A DNA stretch of 64,000 nt from Amoebidium appalachense (taxonomy: Eukaryota; Protista; Ichthyosporea), in assembly GCA_963693365.1 (NCBI GenBank), contig CAVNZM010000002.1:17207615-17271614 (forward strand), read 5' to 3'. Each line of letters begins with the position of its first letter. Position 1 is the first letter of the stretch. Positions 38,683 to 64,000 of the stretch are shown here, piece by piece. Under the pieces are notes generated by a model, which made no database searches, was not told where the DNA came from, and saw nothing but the letters and a program-made list of their open reading frames with translations. The translations under genes were made by a program, and so were the position numbers.

Positions 38683-40022
38683 AACCACCACCACCACCAC
38701 CACCACCACAAGAAGAATCAAAAAAAGAATCTGAAAAGAAATGGAGATTCACTCTGGTAACAATTTTAGTGAAGGGTTTCAAGGTTATGCTTGTTAGAGG
38801 CACTCGGAACTATGGGGAAACAGAAACGGGAAGAAGGATGGGGGGAACTAATCATTATTAAGTATGCAGATTACTGTAGTCATGACATGAAAGGAATACG
38901 TGTTGAAACTTCTGGTAAAAAGGGGACTAGGGGGGGGAGAGGGGGGTGGATGGGGGGAGGGGGAGGCGGGGGAAAAGGGGGGGGGGGGGGAGGGGGGGGG
39001 GGGGAAGGAGGGGGAGGGGGGAGGGGAGCTGGGGAGGGTTAGACCTCAATATACTTAACAACATTCTTAGATTGCTTGTCAGCCGCACCGCCAGTTATGT
39101 TATTTTCACTTGGGCCGTACGACGGACCCTCACTCGCACCTGATTGTTCAAAACACGTCGATCCGATGACGTAATTCCGGGGGAACGGCTTTATCCCCGA
39201 GCGACATAAAAGGGGCCGTCAGGCCCCCATAGCGGGAGGTTGGGGGGGCGGCAGCCCCCCCATATAAAGCCCAGGCACACATAGGGTTTTGGGTTTAGGG
39301 GTTTGAATTTGATGATAAACTATCAAATACTGTGTTTTTTCGCGGTCTATGTCAGCGATGTCCCTATACCTAGGGGCCTCCGTCATACGGACTTCTCCCG
39401 TTTATTTTCTGTGTAAGAATTTGGCTGCACAGTCTCCCATCATCCCCACAATTCCCTAATTTCTCCACCCAATACCCATAGATACCCGGGTCGTGTGAGC
39501 ATGGGCAGCCTGGAAGGAATCATGCATGGGGAGGGGGGGAGGGGGGAGGGGAGGGGGGAGGGGGGAGGTCGAGGGGGGGGGGGGGGGGGGAGATTGTGTG
39601 TGTGACCCTCGGAAGGGGCGGGAGGGATGGGGGAGGAGGGAAAGGGGGAGAGGGGGGCTGCGCGGAAGGGGGGGGTAAAGGGTGGATGAGGGGCTGGGGG
39701 GTGGTGGTGGTGGTGGTGGAGGGGGGGGGGGGGGGGGGGGGGGGGGGAGGGCGTGGGTGTATTTGTGGTACTAGCGGCGGCACTAGCACTGGTGTGTCAG
39801 TTGAGTGGTATATTGTTTTTCGGTTTGTTGGTTTGTCGCAGTGTTTTTTGCAAGTTTCGAGAGGAAGGGGGAGGGGCGAGGGGGGGGGGGGGGGGGGGGG
39901 GGCAGGAGGGGGGGGAGGCAGGAGGTAGGAAGACAGAGGATAGGGAGGGAATGACATAATTATTATAGTAATGTACACTAGGCTCATAGTATCCCCCCCC
40001 CCCCCCCCCCCCCCCCCCCAAC

Positions 40023-40065
<43 letters not shown>

Positions 40066-40923
40066 CAAAGAAGAAAAAGAAAGAAAAAGAAAGAAAGAAA
40101 ATGAACTGTTTACCACAAAGGGAACTTGATGGGTCGTGCAAGTGGGTATTAAAAGGTGGTACAAAAAGGCCTCAAAAGTATGATGGCCCGGAAACTACAA
40201 TGGCACCGCCAACAAGGGTGGAAAATTGAAAGAAAACTTGGGATAAGCAACATAGCTGATTCCTGTGGGTCCTATATATCATGCAGCCTTGTGTGCATCT
40301 GCCGCTTCCCTCTGATTGTACTGGATGTGGGTGTCTTGTGCTCGTCCGAAAATGAACAAGCCCCCCCCCCCCCCCCCCCCCCCCCCGCTCTGTCTTGTGC
40401 CGTATGCACGGATGAACCTGAAACAACCTTATTAGTACCCATGGTGCAGTTATTGACAGGCGTTGCCCTTTAAAGTAGCTCTCTCGAGTCAGTTTGTGTG
40501 CATGCCCCGTCGGCTCTTATCGCATATGTGGTTCGGTAGAGGCCCAGGGTGTCCTCAGGGGAGTTGGAGCACCGGGGGGGGGGGGGGGACGAGGGGGGGG
40601 GCGGGAGGGGGGGGTCTTTGGGAAAGGAGAAGGATGGGGGAAAGGGGGGGGGGGGGGGGGGGGAAGAGTGTTATAATCCGACGGTTTGCACCTGTAACAG
40701 TGACCGATATAAACACAGCGCCACAAAGGCCTTTGATTGGGCAGAGTGGTGGTGCTGAATGTGAGGTTGTCGTGCAAGGGTCTCGCAACCCACACAGCTG
40801 CCCCTTCCTTTGTTGTAGGATATATCTGTTGTTGGATATATTTGTCCACTGAACATATCATGTCCATTGAGCTACATAGATTCTCAAAAGGCATATGCCA
40901 TGGCAAATCATTGAAGGCCTCAG

Positions 40924-40959
<36 letters not shown>

Positions 40960-41228
40960 TTCTCTCCCCCAACCACAAACACACACACACACACACGACA
41001 AAAAAAAAAAAAAAAAAAAAAAAAACTGTCATTTCCACACCATCCGTGACTTCAACTCCATGTTGCATGGCCATACCGTTGCGGCTTTGGTTGTGGTGCA
41101 AATATATCCGGCACAGCTCATTTGCAGCCCACCAGCCCAACAACAACAGTTAACAACAACTTGCTGGCGAGTTGAAAGTCTGAAGATTTCGAAGTGAGTA
41201 TCAGCTACATCCCCCCCCCCCCCCTCCC

Positions 41229-41268
<40 letters not shown>

Positions 41269-43723
41269 CGGACCCCGAAACACGCACATACACCTTTCCT
41301 AACCGCCAGCCCCATTTCTCACATTTCCCCATCCCACCATGGCCACCCACGTGCTAGAGGCCTGCTAGCTATAGCTAAATTCTTTTCATGCCCTGCATGC
41401 ATTTATCCCGTGTGCGCAGTTTGTGCTTCAACCATTTGAAGTGTACGGCAACGTGCACAGTGTTCGTCCGTGTTTTTTTTTGACAGTGTGCACGTGTACA
41501 TGAATGGCCGATGGTGCGGGTTAGCAAACTTTCGGTGGTTCTGTGTCTGCAGATGCATTGCAACTGCGTGTGTCCTTGAACTAAAATACAAGTGTACCCC
41601 TCCCCCCCCCGGGGGGCCGGGTGGGGGTGGGGAGATCGAGGGGGTGGGGAAGGGGGGGAGTCGCATCAACTCTGACGGCCCTTATGTGACGATCACTATG
41701 AATGATAGGTAGGTCGTGCACCGGCTATGCAACGGCGTTTGCTTAATTCACGTTTTTTATTCTAGCCAGAAGCAGGTAGTGGCAGTTACGGACACTAAAG
41801 CACTAACAGGGCATACACATAGGGCCATGGACGATATGCGTGTGCTGCTCTGGTGTGCGGATCCATGACTGGTAGCAGGTGAGGTGTTGCTTTGACTGCA
41901 CTATACATCACATTCTTCTCATTGCCTGTGCCCAAGCCCCCTCCCAGGTCATTGATGATCACTGAAAACAAACCATGAGTGGTCTTGGGCCATACAGAAT
42001 ATTTCGTGGATTTTCGCCTGCTGTATGAGGTACATATTACACACTGCTTAAGTCCAAAAGCTTGCTAACGTAAAAACAAAAGAGCACAATGCCCAACATG
42101 TGGTGTGCGGTGGTCAGCAACGCCAGCAGGGAGACTGGTTTCAAGTAAACACAATCCTAGCACAAACTGATGCCGGCGCCGTAAACAGACACATAAACCC
42201 ATGAGGCAAAGGGTCGTGCAAACATCTGTTGCGTGCGCACTACAAAGGGCGTTCCTGTCACGTGCAGGCAACAAGCAAAAGTGCTGATGACCTCGACGAC
42301 CGTGCATGGGTGCCAGTGCGCTTCATCGCGCCATAATAGTTGTATATGTTTGAGTGTGCGCTAGCTACTTGAATATGGAAGGTTAACAGGCAACGCCGTT
42401 GATGCAGAAAAAACATGAATAAACGGTGGACAAATATGTGTTGCAGCTTGTTCACGCGTGGCAGTGTGTGCATGCACACAACCACCCATTACAAATACCA
42501 CGTGCCCTATCAGTAGTCCTCGCGCAATTATGACTTTCTTCAGTCAACTTGTGTTTCGAACTACCTTCTCAGCCTTGAATTTATTTCAACATGGCCGGCT
42601 GGCCTGCAAAACGTGCCTACGTGAGGTGCAAGTTCGTGAGTGTTACTGCCGCGGAGGACCAGAAACGTTATTAAGTGAGCACTTTTAGTTGAAGACGTCT
42701 TATTTGTGTGGGAGTAAAATACCATCCGAGAGTTCCGCGAAGTCCCCGGGCTTTACTGTGTTATTACCATAAACGTTTACTGCAGGCAGAGGTGGATATC
42801 CATGGAAGCATATACAGAAGGGTTACGGGAATTGGCTCTAGATAAGGAAATAGAGTTCATATAACGGGCCCATACACTTGCTGCATATATGTTTTTCCCT
42901 TTGAGTCCAAACATTCAGGGCTTACACCACACTGCCCGCCAATGTACTTGTGACACACACAAAGACACAGCCTACAGGCTACAGTGCCGGCAACAGGCAC
43001 AATGTTTGTCTGTGTAACGGGCCAACCGAAGCTCATCACACCCTCGCGCGTGATAAACATCCAATAAAACGCTTTTGATGGAAAACAATGAATTCCTGAG
43101 TATCCCAGAACTCCGGGAGCCAATCACATCACAGAAACAAATTGGCAATGGATTCCAGCAGTGAAGATGCCGGCTTTTTATCCAACCATAAATTACCATG
43201 TATGGCTCTTCATGTGTTAGAAACCAATCACCATTGGCTCAAATTTCTAGATGTTTGTGATTGGATCAGAGAGCACACTGGCTGGGAGAGAAGCAAAGAT
43301 TGAACCGCCCTGTCATCGTGTCAGTTCTCTATGCCCCTACGAAGAGAAAAAAACTTTTCAGTAATGTGTTATTTCATAAATGTTTTATAAACAATATATT
43401 TTATCTATGATAATAATAATAGTAACTGAATCGGCCACATTTTGGCTTGTAATGGTGTGACTCTGGTCCATTTCGAAGCATTGTTTGCTTCGCTCTATGA
43501 GCCGTTTTTGCGTATATAACACTGCACAGACCAGGTTATTTTTTCTTGTTTGATAAACCGCTTGCTTCGAAGCAGACAAAGTTGAGCTTCATTTCATTTA
43601 TACCCACGGTTTATAACCAGAAAGCTAACAAGAGCGTATAAGGAGAGCATTATATAGCCATAATTAGCTGCTTCCCTCTAGTTCACTGCGCTATCATTCA
43701 TTATACTACCTCAACATCTCAAC

Positions 43724-44693
43724 ATGGCAGCCACCGGCACACTGTTCAGTTTCGAGGGCGAGCAGACAGTCAAGGCCCCCAAGGGTGCCCTTGCCACAGG
43801 CGAGCTTCTGTCCCCCACCACACCTGCCACTCCCCTGGCTGTTGGTGCGTAACCCCTCCCTATTTCTCGGTTATATATGCGTGCGTGTACCCTCTTGTGC
43901 GGAGAGCTGCAGTATTGTCCATCTGACATCTTAGTAACACACACCTGCCCTCCCCCTCTCCCCACCCTGTCCCACAGACGCACTTGTTGGAGCGTCCAAC
44001 CACCATATAGCAGGTGTTATATTTGATTGTTCCAGAATAAACAGATATATTTTCTGTGCATATGAAACGGCCCACATGTATCCAAAACAAGCAGTTACAC
44101 ACGCCCTTCATCACACACACACCACACAGTCATCACCATACACAACATCCCCCCCCCCTCCCCCCCCCTCCCCCCCACACACACTTAGTGTGGATGCACA
44201 AGAGCGGCTTTGTGATGCCTAACTTCATATAGCCCGCCTCCCTCCCTCCTCCCCCTCTCGCTATCACCCCCAATCCCCCCCCCCCCCCCCCCCCCTCCAC
44301 CCCCCACTTCCACGCCCCACCCCCGCACCCTCACGGTCCCCCTTTCAGCCCCTCTTCTCCACCCGTGTTGTCGAACGATAATATACCTTGGAGTGTTCTG
44401 CAGTGCTGTTGTCGCCCTCCCCCCCCCCCCCCCCCCCCCTCCCCCTCCCCCTGGGCGGGAGATTGCCTAACCTTGTTGCATACTTCCCCCCCCCCCCCCC
44501 CCCCCCCCCCCCCTTCACCCTCTCTCCTGGCGGGAGATTGCTTAATCTTGATGCATACTTATAGAAGCTGAATACTCCTCTTGTTCTTGTCCCCACCTCT
44601 GCTATGGATACTGATTTTCTGACCTGGAACTTGGTGATACTGTTGTGACAAGGCCTACAAGCTAGATGGTTCACTAGTTTCCCTTCATGCAAG

Positions 44694-44733
<40 letters not shown>

Positions 44734-45502
44734 ACAACAACAACAACCGCCAACTCTACCTAAACCCACACCTGGTGCACATCACCCCACCTGTCTCTGC
44801 GAAATACGGTTCTGCATCCCTTCTCCCCCTTAAACCCCCCTACATTGATAAGCCCTGCTTCTCTGTGCAGGAAAAGCGGAGGCCTTTTTGTTTTGACCCC
44901 CGTCCTTTTACATAAAATGCTATGATAGGTCTTGTATGTTTTCGTACTCCGTACTGTGTATAGATCTAGCCCCCCCCCCCCCCCCCCCCCCCCCCCTCCC
45001 CCCCCCCCCTCCCCAAATCACAAACACCCCCGACCACCACCACCACCACACACACACACCACGAGTCCCCCGTTACATAAAGAATATAACCTCTAAAGAA
45101 AGGAGATTAATTATGCATTTCAATATAGCCCGAGTGTTTCGATCTGTCAAGAGCCTTCCACTAATACTAACTGCCCCCACCCCCCCCACCCCCCCACCCC
45201 CACCCCTCGTCCCCCTGTTCCCCTACCTTCCCTTTCGCTGCACTCCACATAAGCCTCCCGCCCCTTTCCCCCGAACCACACACACACACACACACACACA
45301 CAATTCTCCGCAAATCCACACACACGTATACATACTTGCAAACTCACACACAAACCCACACACAAACTCAGCCGAGGGGGTGCCTGAAGAAAAGAGTCCC
45401 GAGGTGACGAAAAAGGAAAAAGAAATGGAAGAGCTTTTGGATGACTTCGACCCGCTGGCAAATAAGGATTTGTCAAAGGTGGACGACAAGCTCACCTTGT
45501 AA
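43724..45502 (+). CDS. Predicted 83-aa two-exon microprotein, unknown function
   Basis: Exon 43724-43844 (ATG in aacATGg context, donor gtgcgt) and exon 45372-45502 (acceptor aaactcag) join in phase 1: MAATGTLFSFEGEQTVKAPKGALATGELLSPTTPATPLAVAEGVPEEKSPEVTKKEKEMEELLDDFDPLANKDLSKVDDKLTL. Extra internal exons are not excluded. Confidence 0.6.
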
Positions 45503-47038
45503 ATACCGGAAACCCGACAAGCCATAATGAAAGTTGCTTTGTAATAACGGGATACCGTTTCAAATATACCGGATTATACCACCCACATGCGAATGTGTGC
45601 GAATGTGTTTCGACACATTATGCTTTATTCGTTTTGAAACGCCAGTGGAGCAAAATGTGACTTTAGATGTATCAGCGCACGTACACTATTTTTTTACTAG
45701 GTTTATTCATCAGTGTAAGGTGTTTTGGCAGAAGGAGTGTGGTTTGCCCTGTACATGTATGTGTCATGTGTGTACGCACATGTTGTGTAGGTGTGTGTCT
45801 GGGGATGTGTGTATTTGGTGGGGGGAGGGGCGTGAAGGTGGAAGGTGGAAAGGGGAGGGAGGGAGGGAGGGAGGGAGGGGGGGAAGCGTAGGTTGCACGG
45901 TTACGCAATTTTTTTTCTTTCTTTTTCTAATTTTCATTAGTTGAATTTGCGGTACCGCTGTACACCATATGTATCACATCCATTACGCAGATAATATATT
46001 GATCTCCATATAGATGTCGTAACCAATTCGTAGTTTCATAGTTTTTGAGATAAACTGCGGTTTGGTTGTTGTTTATGTTTTTATGGTTTAAGCTTCTGAT
46101 ATCTCGATTCCAGGCTGTGCCTAGGTCTGGTGGTAAGATTTTATTTAAAAGATATTATATGTGAATATCCCCGCTTCCCCCTGCTCCCCCCCCCTCTTCC
46201 TCCCCACATGGTTCTGTTTGAAACCGTGACACAAAGATGGCATGATACAGGTGCCCCCACAGATATGCATACACGCACTTGGACTGCACACACACTGACG
46301 CACACCGTCGTACACGGGTGCACATCTCACACTCAAACTCACACGTCTTGATCAACACAAGCACAGACCGTTTGTAGATGGGTACCCCCCCCTCCCCCAG
46401 ATCTGGTGAGACCACCACCCACCCGCCACCACGGTACATGTACTGTACGTACACAGCGTCGCTCATGATCACACTCACGTGCACACACATATTGTACGTC
46501 ACACCCCGAGCGACAATCCTAATATCCCCCCACATGGACACACACAACTACGTGCATGTTGCAGGGTCGGAATGGGATTTGGCAACACCACCGGCGCCAC
46601 ACCAGCCACGCCTGCACATTGCCTGGTGGCGTCATTATTAGGCGAGCACGTGACTGCACGTGCATGCATGGTTATAACGGTATGCATATGAAGAATACAG
46701 TCACACGTGTGTCCAATCACACGCATAACCTACTTGGCCCGGAGGGTCCCCTCAGTACACTGGTCACTCGTCGGGGACTTTTTTTTTTCTTTTCTTCCCC
46801 CCCCCCCCCCCCCCCAACCTACCTTCAAATCTGCAAACCTTTTCTATAAAACAGCCTACCCCGACCTACAGCTTGTAGGTTCAATTTTACTGATGGGAAG
46901 CACTAGCAAGGCAAGAAAGAGAGTGAAAAAAGGCTGGGAATTTGGGGAGGTTCGACGACTTCAACGGGGCCACTTAAACACACACACGTGTGTGTTTGTC
47001 TGCAGGTGTTTGTGTTTAAATTTGTGCATGTGCGTGTG

Positions 47039-47106
<68 letters not shown>

Positions 47107-47792
47107 CGCGCGTGCGCACACGCTCGTGTGTGCAGCATGTTGAAAGTAGAATTTGATTCAGAAAACTTAGCCGTTATAAGAATATGTTTTTTACTAAAGT
47201 ATAACCACTTTTCCTGTTCATTTTCAGTGGCACTCCCTGTGAAACACCCTGCTTTATTTACGTTGCATATGTGATTATCACGTACACCGTCCCATGTATA
47301 CATAAATCTCACCGAGTCATTTTATTTCTGCATGTACCGTTGCTAAGTCATGCCATATGGCCACAGGCATGCAAATATTTTATAAAACAAATAAAAAAGT
47401 AGGAATATCGCAATCTCTATAAAATTGTGTATGGACCAGTAAGTTTCACGGGATCGCACGATTAGCCACATATAGAAACTTGGGCGAGAAGTTTTTGCGC
47501 GCCAAATATCCAGCTGGCGCTGCTCTCACAGTACCTGCACAGCACCAGGTGTGACTCATTCTACTAAACTTCAAGGCAGTATATTATTTCATTCATACAA
47601 TGCCTAAAGTAGGTATTGAAAAGTATGCGCATACATTCCAGTTAACAATAAATGTCCGCCAGCCAGCTTGCAAAAATGCATACTTGAATGGACCATCTGA
47701 GTCTCCCTGCAAATCACTAAAATACAATGCGGAAAAGAAACGTATAGAATTACTCTTCGCCCGATCCTCCCCAATATGTACCGAAATACACC

Positions 47793-52913
<5,121 letters not shown>

Positions 52914-53673
52914 ATTTGCTGCAAAACGAAGGAACTACACGATGTCATCCTAAGACTATTCAATGGCATGTAGCACAACACAAACAACCTGTGCAGGTAG
53001 CCGTTGAAAACCAAGTTCCTGTGAAAGATATCGACCCTGTAACTCAAGTTAGAAGGACTTCGATGCTCAGCGCGACAACTACAACTGCTTGACTGATTGA
53101 ATACCCTTATCAAAACCATATATGGATCTGCCAGTTTGTATGGATGTGAATGTTATAGACCTATGTTGATAATTTACGACCGAGTAAGTGTGGTCCTGAG
53201 GTTGTTAAGAATCATAATTTCAAAGATCGTCAACCACGAGTACTGGCTGTTCCAACTTGAGCTCAACAGCCGTTCGATGTTAATTTATTCGAAAGTTTAT
53301 TGTGTGGTCCTTTAACCAGTAAAAACCCCTGGTGTACCTGACTTGAGCAAACATCATTCATCTTACCCCATAGTTCTGACCAACCAGACATAGCACTCAG
53401 CCACTTACAGGACTCTGAGGCGTATACCCAGGGCTGACAGTGCAAGACATTCAAGAAGCTACGCGCATTACACCTTGTGGTTCCCGAACGCAGTCGTAAT
53501 CGAACATATTTTGTTCCCTGTGTACCCTCCTACCAGTTATCACAAAATACGAACCTATGCAAGAACCTGAGAGCAGAACACATTCAAAATACATCAGCTT
53601 TCTAATGTTATATGGCCTTGCCATCTGCTACACTTCCCTTGCACCTCCTATTGTTCCTCGAATATGTCCACGG

Positions 53674-63062
<9,389 letters not shown>

Positions 63063-63614
63063 CTGCATGAAGGCCATGGTGGGGGGAAGGGGGGGGGGGG
63101 GGGGGGGAGGGGGGGGGGGGGGGGAGGGAGATAGGAAGGCAGATAAGTGTTAGGTGGGTTCGGATGGTTTGGAGGGTTGGGGCAACCGTGTGAGCTTCCG
63201 TTTCCTTCTTTTGACGTTCTTAACCGGGGAGGGGGGGAGGGAGGGAGGGCACACTGAATGCGGAAAGGGGGGGGGGGGGGGGGGGGGGGATGCCTCCATA
63301 TAGCCATATGCCTAACTCCGTCAAATACTCTCCTGTCGAAAATGGGTGTGGGTGAGCGTCGCTTGTGTGCACATGTGTGTGCTGTGTAGTTTTGGGGGGA
63401 GAGGGAAGTGGGGTGTTTTTTCCCAGTATTAAGCGAAATTTCCAACAGATAACACATTAATTAGCAAACTTTCCAACTAGCACCATGCAAAATGAAACAG
63501 AAGAGAACAGACCAAGATGGAACATCAATAGAACCCATCCTTACCGAGACCCCAAAATCATCCATACATCCGAGTTCACCCCATTCACCTCGCCTGCAAA
63601 CCCTCACTTTTTTT

Positions 63615-63823
<209 letters not shown>

Positions 63824-63872
63824 AGAGAGGGCGAGCGAGAGAGAGAGAGAGTGAGCATGTGTGTGTGTCTGT

Positions 63873-63930
<58 letters not shown>

Positions 63931-64000
63931 ATGTGTGTGTATGTGTGTGTGTGTGTGTGCATGTGTGTGTATGTGTGTGTGTGTGTGTGCATGTGTGTGT

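Overview
Eukaryotic, intron-rich genomic DNA saturated with microsatellites ((CA)n, (GA)n, (CAA)n) and long poly(G)/poly(C) tracts. The gene content suggests an opisthokont, possibly a unicellular holozoan (inference only). Most entries in the ORF track are repeat artefacts. By hand-splicing at GT-AG sites with consistent phases I recover five spliced genes: a 9-exon TMEM129-like E3 ligase (+), a 4-exon ARF1 (-), a 2-exon 83-aa microprotein (+), a 5-exon uncharacterised HDxxH protein (-) and 11 exons of ORC5 (-, 5' end not found), with a tRNA-Gly(TCC) in the last ORC5 intron. There are also two intronless genes, a Pho80/PCL-type cyclin (+) and a class C GPCR-like membrane protein (-). Mobile DNA includes a non-LTR retrotransposon with an intact APE+RT ORF, a TIR element carrying a frameshifted DxxH transposase-like exon, and several MITEs. 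Two signals stand out. (1) A roughly 200-bp dispersed element occurs only in introns and always sense to the host gene; it has a fixed 3' end running into poly(C), variable 5' truncation and a C/D-box snoRNA-like core. (2) Many 3' splice sites have (CA)n or poly(A)/poly(C) instead of a U-rich polypyrimidine tract, often with complementary (GU)n at the 5' end of the same intron.
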